Positions 47,289 to 56,239 of a DNA stretch of 64,000 nucleotides are shown piece by piece; position 1 is the stretch's first letter, and each line of letters starts with the position of its first letter. A program made the position numbers and the translations under genes. The DNA is from Candidatus Fervidifonticultor secundus (lineage in GTDB: Bacteria; Sysuimicrobiota; Sysuimicrobiia; Sysuimicrobiales; Humicultoraceae). The stretch covers positions 288,001 through 352,000 of the forward strand of contig JAVKIP010000001.1 in the NCBI GenBank assembly GCA_031459385.1, read 5' to 3'. The notes under the pieces are model-generated. The model did not search any database. It worked only from the letters and a program-made list of their open reading frames with translations, and was not told the DNA's origin.

Positions 47289-48149
47289 ATGCGGTTGGTT
47301 CTGTTCGACGACGGCCGGGGACCCCGTCCCGGCGTGTTGGACGGCGACGATGTCATCCGGGACGTGGGCGATCGTTTCGGCACGCTCTCCGCGGCCCTGG
47401 CGGCGCTCCATGACGCACCCGACGACTTTCAGACTGCGTTGGCCCGCGGCACCGTGGTGCCGCGGGCACGGGCCAGGCTTCTGGCCCCGGTGGACCGCAT
47501 GGCGCAGGTGCTGTGCGTGGCGGCCAACTACCGCGAGCACGCCGAGGAAGCGGGGCTCGGGGGCGTGCCGCCGCAGCCGGTGCTGTTCGTAAAGCTGTGG
47601 ACAGCACTGACAGGCCCGGAGGATCCCATTCGGCTCAGTCCGCTCACGCGGCAGCTGGACTACGAAGCTGAGCTGGTGGCGGTCGTGGGACGGGTTGCGC
47701 GGGCGGTCGCGGCGGCCGAGGCTCTACGCCATGTCGGCGGCTACACTGTCATGAACGACATCAGCGCACGGGACCTCCAGTGGACGCAGCTCGGTCAGCA
47801 CCGCATCGTGGACTGGTACTCGGCCAAGTGTCTGGAGGCATCGACGCCGGTGGGACCGTGGATCGTGACCTCGGACGAGGTTCCGGACCCCCAGCGCCTG
47901 CGCATCCGCTCGTGGGTCAACGGCGTCCTCCGGCAGGACGAGACGACGGCGCTCATGGTGCACCCGATCGGTGCCCTGGTGGCCTACGCATCGCTGCGGA
48001 CGACCCTCTACCCGGGTGACCTCATCGCAACGGGCACACCCCGCGGCGTGGGCGGGTTCGCCGGCCGATTCCTCCAGGAGGGCGATGTGGTGGAAGTGGA
48101 CGTGGACGGGATAGGGCGTCTGGCCAACCGGGTGCAACGCGCCGGTTGA
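47289..48149 (+). CDS. Fumarylacetoacetate hydrolase family protein
   Basis: ANYREH, LDYEAEL, NDISARDLQ, PVGPW, ATGTP.GVG. Confidence 0.92.
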   Translation: MRLVLFDDGRGPRPGVLDGDDVIRDVGDRFGTLSAALAALHDAPDDFQTALARGTVVPRARARLLAPVDRMAQVLCVAANYREHAEEAGLGGVPPQPVLFVKLWTALTGPEDPIRLSPLTRQLDYEAELVAVVGRVARAVAAAEALRHVGGYTVMNDISARDLQWTQLGQHRIVDWYSAKCLEASTPVGPWIVTSDEVPDPQRLRIRSWVNGVLRQDETTALMVHPIGALVAYASLRTTLYPGDLIATGTPRGVGGFAGRFLQEGDVVEVDVDGIGRLANRVQRAG

Positions 48150-48151
48150 CC

Positions 48152-48922
48152 ATGGATGCCAGTGCTACCGTCCCCGGGCGGCGCCGGGTGGTGCTGATCA
48201 CGGGGGCCAGCCGCGGGATCGGCCGCGCGACCGCCCTGGCAGCAGCGTCCGAAGGCATGGATGTCGCGCTCGTGGCGCGACGGGATCTCCAGGCGCTGGC
48301 AGCCGTCGCAGACGCGGCGCGGGCCCGGGGGGTGCGAGCCACCTGGTTGCTGGCCGACGTCGGCCAGCTGGTGGACATCGAAAAGATCGCTACGCACGTG
48401 GCACAGGCATACGGTCGGCTGGACGCGTTGGTGAACAACGCAGGGGTGGCCACACGGCGCAGCGTGACTGACGTCTCGGTAGCAGAGTGGCAGGACACGC
48501 TGGCGGTGAATCTCACCGGTCCGTTCTTCCTGGTGCGGGCGTGCCTGCCGCTGCTGCGGAAGGGGGACGATCCCGCCGTCGTCAATGTGGCCTCCATCGC
48601 GGGACGCATCGGCGGTCGGGTGGGACCACATTACGCTGCCTCCAAAGGTGGGCTGATCGCACTCACGAGGTACCTGGCCCTGCACCTGCGGGCCGATGGC
48701 ATCCGGGTCAACTGTGTGGCGCCCGACCTGACGGCCACCGAGATGCCCCGCCAGTTGGGGCTGGTGCCGCCGGCGGATTCTGCGGGCACGCCGGTCTGCC
48801 TGGGTCGCCCGGAAGACGTGGCGCAGGTAATCGTATTTCTCTGCCGTCCGGGCAACAGGTTCCTGAACGGCGAGTGCATTCACCTGACCGGGGGCCGCCA
48901 GTACTACGGCGAGGTGCCCTGA
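48152..48922 (+). CDS. Short-chain dehydrogenase/reductase (FabG-like)
   Basis: TGASRGIG, VNNAG, YAASK, IRVNCVAP. Confidence 0.9.
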   Translation: MDASATVPGRRRVVLITGASRGIGRATALAAASEGMDVALVARRDLQALAAVADAARARGVRATWLLADVGQLVDIEKIATHVAQAYGRLDALVNNAGVATRRSVTDVSVAEWQDTLAVNLTGPFFLVRACLPLLRKGDDPAVVNVASIAGRIGGRVGPHYAASKGGLIALTRYLALHLRADGIRVNCVAPDLTATEMPRQLGLVPPADSAGTPVCLGRPEDVAQVIVFLCRPGNRFLNGECIHLTGGRQYYGEVP

Positions 48923-48962
48923 CGCGGCTACCGCGGGGTCGCGTCCTCACCGGGTTGCGGTC

Positions 48963-49730
48963 TCAGCGGATCAACCGGCGCCGCATCAGCCGCAGCGGAG
49001 CCGGGAACAGCACTGCGGTCACCGCCAGCATCCAGGCCACGTCGGCGAGATGCCCGGGGCCCGCCGTGCCCAGGGCCAGCGCCCGCGCCACGCTCACGAC
49101 GTGCGAGAGCGGCGTCAGCCAGGCCGCCGCGCGCACCCAGGCCGGCAGGGCGTCTAGGGGGAAGAAGACGCCGCTGAACATGAACATGGGCGTGATGAAC
49201 AGGGCGAAGTAGAACGTGAAGTAGTCGATGTTGGGGTTGACGGCGGTGAATGTCATGGCGATGACCGAGAACATGAGGCCCGACAGGAAGAACAGCGGCG
49301 GCAGCAGCAGCGCCAGGGGCGAGCGCACCACCCCGAACAGCGCGATGACCACCAGGAAGACGCTGCCGTAGAGCACGCTGCGGGTCGCCCCCCAGGCGAT
49401 CTCGCCGACGACCACGTCCTCGACGTTCAGCGGCGTGGTGATCACGGCGTCGTAGGCTTTCTCATAGTACATCTGCACGTAGGCGTTGTACGTGCACTCG
49501 AACGTCGCCCCGAACATGGCTGCGGTGGCCACCAGCCCCGTGGCCACGAAGGTCAGGTACGGCAGGCCGCCGACCGTGCTCAGGTACGCGCCGAGCCCGA
49601 AGCCCATGGCCAGCAGGTAGATGACCGGCTCCAGGAAGTTGATGGCCACCGACTCGGGGAAGATGCGCCGGAAGACGTAGACGTTGCGCTGCCAGAACCG
49701 CAGGGCGCCCTTCGGCCAGAAGAGCCTCAT
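48963..49730 (-). CDS. ABC-2 exporter permease (NodJ-like)
   Basis: FLEPVIYL..MGFGLG, TPMFMFSGVFFP, TPLSH. Confidence 0.88.
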   Translation of the reverse strand: MRLFWPKGALRFWQRNVYVFRRIFPESVAINFLEPVIYLLAMGFGLGAYLSTVGGLPYLTFVATGLVATAAMFGATFECTYNAYVQMYYEKAYDAVITTPLNVEDVVVGEIAWGATRSVLYGSVFLVVIALFGVVRSPLALLLPPLFFLSGLMFSVIAMTFTAVNPNIDYFTFYFALFITPMFMFSGVFFPLDALPAWVRAAAWLTPLSHVVSVARALALGTAGPGHLADVAWMLAVTAVLFPAPLRLMRRRLIR

Positions 49731-50683
49731 CAGTCGCGCAGCATCCTCCCGGTGAGCTTCAGGAAGACGTCCTCCAGCGTGGCGCGGCGCAGCGTCGCCG
49801 CCTCGACGTCCACACCCGCCGCGCGGATGCGGTGCAGCAGCGCCTCGCCGTCGGCCGTGTAGAACAGGACCAGGTCGCCGGCAACCTCGTGGGCGTCGGC
49901 CAGGCCGGCGGCGGCGGCCAGCGCCCGGTCCAGTCCCGGGGCCGCCTCGCCGTCGCGGGCCAGCCCGTGGAGCTCCACCACCTCGCGGCCCACGTGGGCC
50001 CGGATCAGGTCAGCGGGCGCGCCCTCGGCGACGATCCGGCTGCGGTCCATGATGACGAGCCGGTCGCACAGCGCCGCGGCCTCCTCCATGTAGTGCGTGG
50101 TCAGGATCTGCGTGACGCCCCGGCGCTTGAGCTCGCGGAGCTTCTCCCAGGTGAGCTGGCGGGCCTGGGGATCGAGGCCCGTGGTGGGCTCGTCGAGAAT
50201 CAGCAGCTCCGGGTCGGCGATCAGCGCCCGCGCCACCATCAGGCGCCGGCGCATGCCGCCGCTCAGGGTCTCCACCCGGTCGTTGGCGCGGTCTGCCAGC
50301 GCCACGAACGCCAGCAGCTCGTCGGCTCGCCGTCGTGCCACAGCCCACGGGAGGTCGAAATAGCGCCCGAAGACCACCAGGTTCTCGCGGACGGTGAGCG
50401 CCGAGTCCAGGGTGTTCTCCTGGGCGACGACCCCCAGGCGCGCTTTGATGGCCCGGGCGTCGGCGCGGACGTCGCGGCCCAGGACGTGCAGGGCACCGGC
50501 GGTGGGCGGCAGGACGCAGTAGATCATCTTCATGGTCGTGGTCTTGCCGGCGCCGTTGGGGCCCAGGAAGCCGAAGCACTCGCCGCGGCGGACCGCGAAC
50601 GTGATGCCGTCCACCGCCAGCAGCGTGCCGTAGCGCTTGGTCAGCGCCTCCGCCTGAACGACGGCGTCGGGCGCATCACGCAT
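49730..50683 (-). CDS. ABC exporter ATP-binding protein (NodI/DrrA-like)
   Basis: GPNGAGKTT, LSGGMRRR, LDEPTTGLDPQAR, TTHYMEEA, TLEDVFL. Confidence 0.92.
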   Translation of the reverse strand: MRDAPDAVVQAEALTKRYGTLLAVDGITFAVRRGECFGFLGPNGAGKTTTMKMIYCVLPPTAGALHVLGRDVRADARAIKARLGVVAQENTLDSALTVRENLVVFGRYFDLPWAVARRRADELLAFVALADRANDRVETLSGGMRRRLMVARALIADPELLILDEPTTGLDPQARQLTWEKLRELKRRGVTQILTTHYMEEAAALCDRLVIMDRSRIVAEGAPADLIRAHVGREVVELHGLARDGEAAPGLDRALAAAAGLADAHEVAGDLVLFYTADGEALLHRIRAAGVDVEAATLRRATLEDVFLKLTGRMLRD

Positions 50684-52055
50684 CGGCGTCCGCGGCCCCG
50701 CTTCCCGCGGGCGTGGTGGGCTCCGGCCCCGCGTCCCCGGCCGGCTGGGCCCCCGGTGGCGGCTGCATCGGCGCGGCCAGCACCTTGTCGACGCGGTGGC
50801 CGTCCATGTCCACCACCTCGACCCGCCAGCCCGGGAGCGCCACGTGGTCGCCGGGGCTCGGGATCCGGTCCAGGACCGTCATGACCATGCCGCCGACGGT
50901 CTCGTAGCCCTCGCCCTCCGCCGGGAGGGCGTCGAGCCCGAGCAGCATCTTGAACTCGTCCGCCGGCAGCATGCCATCGACCAGCCACGAGCCGTCGGCG
51001 CGCCGGACGACGGACGGCATGGCGGCTTCGCCTGCCTGGGGGATCTCGCCCACGATGGCTTCCAGGATGTCGTCGCTCGTCACCAGCCCCTGGAGTCCGC
51101 CGTACTCGTCGATCAGCAGCGCTGTGTGGGTGCGGGCCTGGCGGAACTGGTCCAGCGCCGACAGCGCGGGCGCGGTCTCGGGGATGAACAACGGCCGCTG
51201 CGCCAGTGCCCGCAGGTCGATCGGCCTGCCGCCCATGAGGTGCACCAGCAGGTCACGGGCCTGCACGATCCCCACGACCCGGTCCAGCGTTCCCTCGGCC
51301 ACCGGGTAGGCCGAGTAGCGGCTCGAGGTCACCTTCCGGCGGATCTCCTCGGGAGGATCGTCCACGTCGAGCCAGGTGATCTCGGTGCGCGGCGTCATGA
51401 TGGCGCTGACCCTGCGGTCGGCCAGACGGAAGACCCGTTCCACGAGCTTCTGCTCGCCCGGCTTGAACACCCCGGTCTCGGCGCCCCGGGCGATCAGCAG
51501 CCGCACTTCCTCCTCGGTGACCGGCGGTTCGCTCACGGGGGGCACCCGCAGGGCGCGCACGACCAGCTCGGTGAACGCGCTGAGCACGTGCACCACCGGG
51601 GCCGCCACCACCGCCAGGCTCCGCATCGCCGGCGCGAGCGCCGCCGCCAGGCCCTCCGGCGCGGCGAGCGCCACGCGTTTGGGGACCAGCTCGCCCAGCA
51701 CCAGCGACAGGACCGTGATCGGCAGCACGACCAGGCCCAGCGCCGTCGCCTGGGCATACGGCGCCAGGGCCGGGATCGTCGCGAGCCACGCCGCCAGCGG
51801 CCGCGCCAGGGTCGCACCGCCAAAGGCACCGGCGAGGACGCCGACCAGCGTGATGCCGACCTGCACGGTGGAGATGAACCGGCTCGGCGTGCGCAGCAAC
51901 TCCAGCGCCACACGGGCGCCGCGGTCGCCGGCGGCAGCCCGCTGCTCCAGGCGGCTGCGGCGCGCGGCGAGCACGGCGATCTCGGCCATGGCGAAGACGC
52001 CGTTGACCAGGACCAGCAGCAGGATGATCAGGACCTCAACGGACAGCTCGCGCAT
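50676..52055 (-). CDS. Hemolysin-family CNNM/CBS/CorC protein (TlyC-like)
   Basis: NGVFAMAEIA, STVQVGIT, GELVPK, MTPR, DEYGG, C-terminal CorC_HlyC domain. Confidence 0.92.
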   Translation of the reverse strand: MRELSVEVLIILLLVLVNGVFAMAEIAVLAARRSRLEQRAAAGDRGARVALELLRTPSRFISTVQVGITLVGVLAGAFGGATLARPLAAWLATIPALAPYAQATALGLVVLPITVLSLVLGELVPKRVALAAPEGLAAALAPAMRSLAVVAAPVVHVLSAFTELVVRALRVPPVSEPPVTEEEVRLLIARGAETGVFKPGEQKLVERVFRLADRRVSAIMTPRTEITWLDVDDPPEEIRRKVTSSRYSAYPVAEGTLDRVVGIVQARDLLVHLMGGRPIDLRALAQRPLFIPETAPALSALDQFRQARTHTALLIDEYGGLQGLVTSDDILEAIVGEIPQAGEAAMPSVVRRADGSWLVDGMLPADEFKMLLGLDALPAEGEGYETVGGMVMTVLDRIPSPGDHVALPGWRVEVVDMDGHRVDKVLAAPMQPPPGAQPAGDAGPEPTTPAGSGAADADA

Positions 52056-53090
52056 CTACCGGGTGACCGTGACCTTGCGCAGGCCGCGGGGGGCGTCGGG
52101 ATTGAGGCCGCGGGCCACCGCGACGTGGTACGCGAAGAGGTGCGCGGCCGGCGCGGCTGCCACCGGGGTCAAGGTCTCGGGGAGCCGCGCGTCCACGGCC
52201 AGATCGCCGGGGTCGTCGCCGAAGGCGAAGGTGAGGGTGGGTACCGACCGCTGGCGCAGCGCCACCCGGACCTCGATGAGACCGGCGCGCGTGCGTCCCG
52301 GCGGCAACAGCAGGAGCACGGTGCGGGTGCGGTCCAGCGCGGCGATGGGGCCGTGCAGCAACTCGGCCGCCGACAGCGACTCGGCGAACGCGTAGGCGGT
52401 CTCCTTGAGCTTCAATGCCGCCTCGTCGGCGACACCCAGCATGTACCCGCGTGTGGTGACGATCCACGGGTCGCGTTTGGCGTGGCGCCGGGCCAGCGCC
52501 TTCACCGTGTTCTCGCGGTCCACCACCGCCGCGACGGCGTCGGGCAGGCGGGCCAGCGCCCGGCCCAGGTCGCGGTGCTGCGCCCACCCGGCGACCAGCG
52601 CCGCCAGCGCGGCCAGCGAGGCCGTGAAGGTCTTGGTGGCCGCCACGGCCTGCTCGGGCCCGGCCACCAGCGGCAGCACGTGCCCGCTGTGCTGGGCCAG
52701 CGGCGAGACGGGGTCGTTGGTGATCGCGACGGTCAGCGCTCCCTGCCGCCGGGCCGCGGCCACCACCTCCGCCACGTCTACCGATCGGCCCGACTGCGAG
52801 ATGCCGATCACGACCCCTGCCGACCAGTCCGGCGTGCGGTCGTAGAGGGTGGTGACCGAGGGCATGGCCGTCGCGGTGGGAAGGCGCAGCAGCGTTTCGA
52901 CCAGGTACTGCCCGTAGATGGCCGCGTTGTGCGACGTGCCCCGGGCGACGAACACCACCAGCGACGGCTTGCGGCGGCGCAGCGCCTCGCCGATCTCGCC
53001 GATACCGGCGGCCTGTTCGGTGAGCAGGCGCGCCAGCACCGCGGGCTGCTCGCGGATCTCGGAGAGCATGGCATGGGGCGTTGTGGGCAC
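52056..53090 (-). CDS. SIS-domain sugar-phosphate isomerase/deaminase (GlmS C-terminal / glucosamine-6-P deaminase-like)
   Basis: MLSEIREQP, ARGTS, SQSG, AVAATKTF, EAALKLKE, HGP, LRKVTVT; no glutaminase domain; GTG 53090 or ATG 53069. Confidence 0.9.
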   Translation of the reverse strand: MPTTPHAMLSEIREQPAVLARLLTEQAAGIGEIGEALRRRKPSLVVFVARGTSHNAAIYGQYLVETLLRLPTATAMPSVTTLYDRTPDWSAGVVIGISQSGRSVDVAEVVAAARRQGALTVAITNDPVSPLAQHSGHVLPLVAGPEQAVAATKTFTASLAALAALVAGWAQHRDLGRALARLPDAVAAVVDRENTVKALARRHAKRDPWIVTTRGYMLGVADEAALKLKETAYAFAESLSAAELLHGPIAALDRTRTVLLLLPPGRTRAGLIEVRVALRQRSVPTLTFAFGDDPGDLAVDARLPETLTPVAAAPAAHLFAYHVAVARGLNPDAPRGLRKVTVTR

Positions 53091-53215
53091 GGGGCAGGCT
53101 CCGCTGGACGATCTGGCCGGGCCAACGAGACCCCTTCGTCGGCGTCCGGCCGGTCCCTGCCAGGACGCGCCGGGATCCGGCGTCAGGGAGGAGACCTGCA
53201 CCGGGGCGACGAATA

Positions 53216-53231
53216 GTCATAACGTTATGAC
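53216..53231. promoter_or_regulatory. Perfect 16-bp palindrome GTCATAACGTTATGAC; candidate GntR (HutC-type) operator
   Basis: Seen directly; overlaps the GntR ATG at 53227 in a divergent intergenic region. Confidence 0.7.
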
Positions 53232-54066
53232 AAATGGCATCACCCGCCGATCCCCGGTGCCCCTCTACTACCAGGTCGAGTCCTGGCTGCGGCAGCAGGT
53301 GGCCGGCGGGCGCCTGCAGGGCGCGTGCCTGCCGACCGAAGCAGCACTGGTCCGGCAGCTGGGCGTGAGCCGCATCACGATCCGCCGGGCGATGGAGCGT
53401 CTGGTGCAGGAAGGCCTGATCTACCGCGTGCCGGGTCGGGGGACCTTCGCCAACCCGCGGCGCGCCCGGGAGTTCCGCATCGAGCGCAATCCCGTCGACC
53501 TGCTGGGCTTCGAGGACGACATCCGGCGCGCCGGCCTCGCCGCGGAGACCGTCGTGCTGCGCCGCGACTGGGTGGATGCGCCCGCCGACGTCGCGGCCGC
53601 GCTGGGGCTGGCGTCAGGCGAGGAGGTGCTGTGGCTGTACCGCCGGGGCACCGCCGGCGGCCGGCCGCTGTGGGTGGAGGACCGCTACCTGGTCCGCCGC
53701 CTGGGAGCCCGGCTGCGGCCGCGCGAAGCGGCCACGCCCAGCCTGCTGGCGACGCTGGCCCGCGAGCGCGGGCTCACGGTGAACCGGGCGCAGGTGCGGA
53801 TCTCGGCGTGCGAAGCCCGCCGCGAGGAGGCGCGCCACCTGGGGCTGCGCCGGGGCGCGCCGGTCCTGGCGGCCGAGTTCGTCGTGCATGCCGACGGCAG
53901 CCCCGTGCAGCTGGTGCGGGCACGCTTTCGCCCCGACCGGTACGCGTTCGCGTTCACGATCGCGCCCGAGGCGACGGGTGAACCGGACGGGCTGCTCCGG
54001 CCCGTCGCCCGCGCGGCTGACGTCGCCCCGCCTGCGCCGACGATGACGCCACGAGGAGACGCATGA
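53227..54066 (+). CDS. GntR-family regulator (HutC/UTRA type)
   Basis: PLYYQV, LPTE, GVSRITIRRA, GRGTF, C-terminal UTRA domain. Confidence 0.92.
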   Translation: MTNGITRRSPVPLYYQVESWLRQQVAGGRLQGACLPTEAALVRQLGVSRITIRRAMERLVQEGLIYRVPGRGTFANPRRAREFRIERNPVDLLGFEDDIRRAGLAAETVVLRRDWVDAPADVAAALGLASGEEVLWLYRRGTAGGRPLWVEDRYLVRRLGARLRPREAATPSLLATLARERGLTVNRAQVRISACEARREEARHLGLRRGAPVLAAEFVVHADGSPVQLVRARFRPDRYAFAFTIAPEATGEPDGLLRPVARAADVAPPAPTMTPRGDA

Positions 54067-55115
54067 CGCCCATCCAGCTCGACGATCGGCACCTCAAGGT
54101 CGGCGAGGCGATCGACCGGCTCTGTACCATCGAGATCACCGGCCGCGGCGTCGTCGGCGACCTCTACGCCGCGGCGCGCGCCGCGCAGGCGGGACCGCTG
54201 TGCCTGTCAGCCGCCCGTGTGCTGGTCGACGGCGTGGCGCCCGGCGACGTGGTGGTCATCGCCACCGGCCTGCCCACCTACCCGTGGTTCTTGGGCGAGC
54301 AGGACGGGCCCGTGGGCGCGGCGACGCTGGCGCGGGCCATGGTGCTGGGTCTGGCCGCGCGGCCGGTGATCGTGACCGAGCCGAACCACGTGGAGATGTG
54401 CGCGGCGGCGGTGCGCGGCGCCGGGCTGTACGCGCGGGGCGTCGACGAGGCGTTGCGACTGCCCACCACCGCTGCCGTGGTTGGCTTCCCCCTCGAATGG
54501 GCTGCGGCCGAGCGCGAGGCCGACGCCCTGCTGGCGCGGGTAGGGCCGCGTGCGCTGGTGGCGATCGAGCGGCCGGGCGCCAACGAGCACGGCCACTACC
54601 ATAGCGCGGGCGGCCAGCGGCTCACCGAGCACTGCGCCAAGGTCGACGTGCTCTTCGCCCGGGCGCGCGCGGCCGGCATTCCCACGGTGGGTATCGGCGA
54701 CGGCGGGAACGAGCTGGGCTGCGCCATGATCCGCGAGGCGGTGTTCGCCACGGTGCCGCGCGGCCGCCGCTGCCGGTGCCCCTGCGGCGGCTCGGTGGTG
54801 CCCGCGACGCCCACCGACCACCTGGTGCTGACGGCGATCTCCAACTGGGGGGCCTACGGCGTGGCCGCGGCCATGGCGCTGCTGTTGGACCGGCCCGAGG
54901 TGTTGCACACGCGGGAGATCGACCGGCGCGTGCACGAACTGTGCGCCGCCGCAGGCGCCAACAACAACGGTCCCGGCCTCCTCGACGTGGGCACCGACGC
55001 CGTGCCGGCTGAGCTCCACGGCGACTTCCTGGCGTTGCTGGGGTTCATGGTCGCCAGCGGCATCGACTTCGGCCGGCTCTACCGCGAGCCGCGCTACCCG
55101 TGGCTGGCGACATGA
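54063..55115 (+). CDS. DUF4392 / D-glutamate cyclase-family protein
   Basis: EQDGPVGA, AIERPG, GIGDGGNELG, C.CPC, SNWGAYG. Confidence 0.8.
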   Translation: MTPIQLDDRHLKVGEAIDRLCTIEITGRGVVGDLYAAARAAQAGPLCLSAARVLVDGVAPGDVVVIATGLPTYPWFLGEQDGPVGAATLARAMVLGLAARPVIVTEPNHVEMCAAAVRGAGLYARGVDEALRLPTTAAVVGFPLEWAAAEREADALLARVGPRALVAIERPGANEHGHYHSAGGQRLTEHCAKVDVLFARARAAGIPTVGIGDGGNELGCAMIREAVFATVPRGRRCRCPCGGSVVPATPTDHLVLTAISNWGAYGVAAAMALLLDRPEVLHTREIDRRVHELCAAAGANNNGPGLLDVGTDAVPAELHGDFLALLGFMVASGIDFGRLYREPRYPWLAT

Positions 55116-55140
55116 CCCCACCGGCAGGGAGGACAGAGCC

Positions 55141-56196
55141 ATGACCCGCGCGCTTGAGCCCGCCGACCTCCGCGCGCGCATCGCGCTGCTGCCGCGCGTG
55201 CGTCTGGCCCACCTGCCCACGCCGATCCAGCACTGTTCGAACCTCTCCCGCGACCTGGGCGTCGACCTGTGGGTGAAGCGTGACGACCTCACCGGCCCGG
55301 CGTTCGGCGGCAACAAGGTCCGCAACCTGGAGTGGCGCATGGCCGAGGCGCTGGCCGCGGGCGCCGACGCGCTGGTCTTCGGGGTCGAGGCCACGTCGAA
55401 CTCGGCCCGGCAGACCGCGGCGGCCGCCAACATCCTGGGACTGCCGCTGGTGCTGGTCCTGCGCGGGGCTCCGGACGAACCCTGGCAGGGCAACCTGCTG
55501 TGCGACCTGATCCTGGGCGCTGACGTGCGCTTGCGGGCGCTGCCTGGCTACCACGACCTGCCCCGCGCCGTGCAGGAGGTTGTAGACGAGCTGCGGGCCG
55601 CCGGCCGGCGCCCGTTCAGCCTCAACCACGGCCGGATGTTCCACGTGGCGGCGGCGCTGGCGACCATCGAGAACTTCCTGGAGATCCTCGAGCTGCTGGC
55701 GCCGCACGGCCGCACGCCCCAGCACATCTACATCTCGTCGGGCGGCAAGGGCCTGGCCGGCCTGGCCCTGGCGCGCACGGCCCTGGGGCTGCCGGTACGG
55801 GTGGTGGGCATCGCGTCCACCACCAACGAGGATCCGTGGACGTACGCGGCGCAGACCGCCACCGAGACCGCGCAGCTGCTGGGGCTGCCCCTGGAGGTGA
55901 CGCCCGGCGAGATCGAAGCGTCGTACGACTACATCGGCCCCGGCTACGGCGTCCCTACCCCCGACGGGCTGGATGCGATCCTGACTTTCGCGCGGCGCGA
56001 GGGCCTCATGCTCGATCCTGTCTACACGGGGAAGGCCGCGGCCGGGCTGCTGGACCACATCCGCCGCGGGATCGTGGCGCCGGGCGCCACCGTGGTGTTC
56101 GTGCACACGGGCGGGCAGCCCGCCCTGTTCGCCCACAGCGAGGCGATCGTCGCCCACATCCGGCGCGCGCAGGTGCACGCCCGCGCCCGCCCATGA
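55141..56196 (+). CDS. D-cysteine desulfhydrase / ACC deaminase-family PLP enzyme
   Basis: LPTP, KRDD, GGNK, GPGYG, LDPVYTGKA, HTGG. Confidence 0.88.
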   Translation: MTRALEPADLRARIALLPRVRLAHLPTPIQHCSNLSRDLGVDLWVKRDDLTGPAFGGNKVRNLEWRMAEALAAGADALVFGVEATSNSARQTAAAANILGLPLVLVLRGAPDEPWQGNLLCDLILGADVRLRALPGYHDLPRAVQEVVDELRAAGRRPFSLNHGRMFHVAAALATIENFLEILELLAPHGRTPQHIYISSGGKGLAGLALARTALGLPVRVVGIASTTNEDPWTYAAQTATETAQLLGLPLEVTPGEIEASYDYIGPGYGVPTPDGLDAILTFARREGLMLDPVYTGKAAAGLLDHIRRGIVAPGATVVFVHTGGQPALFAHSEAIVAHIRRAQVHARARP

Positions 56197-56239
56197 TGTC
56201 GCCGGCAGCGTCGGGCCGCCGGCCAAGGAGGGAGCGCGC

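Noticed and set aside
48963..50683. nodIJ as evidence of nodulation genes
   Set aside because: Generic ABC-2 exporter; no nodABC in the window.
50676..52055. Hemolysin as a virulence factor
   Set aside because: CNNM/CBS/CorC proteins are widespread and linked to Mg2+/metal homeostasis.
55141..56196. ACC deaminase (acdS)
   Set aside because: Lacks the diagnostic Glu (YEGK) and Leu (HLGG).
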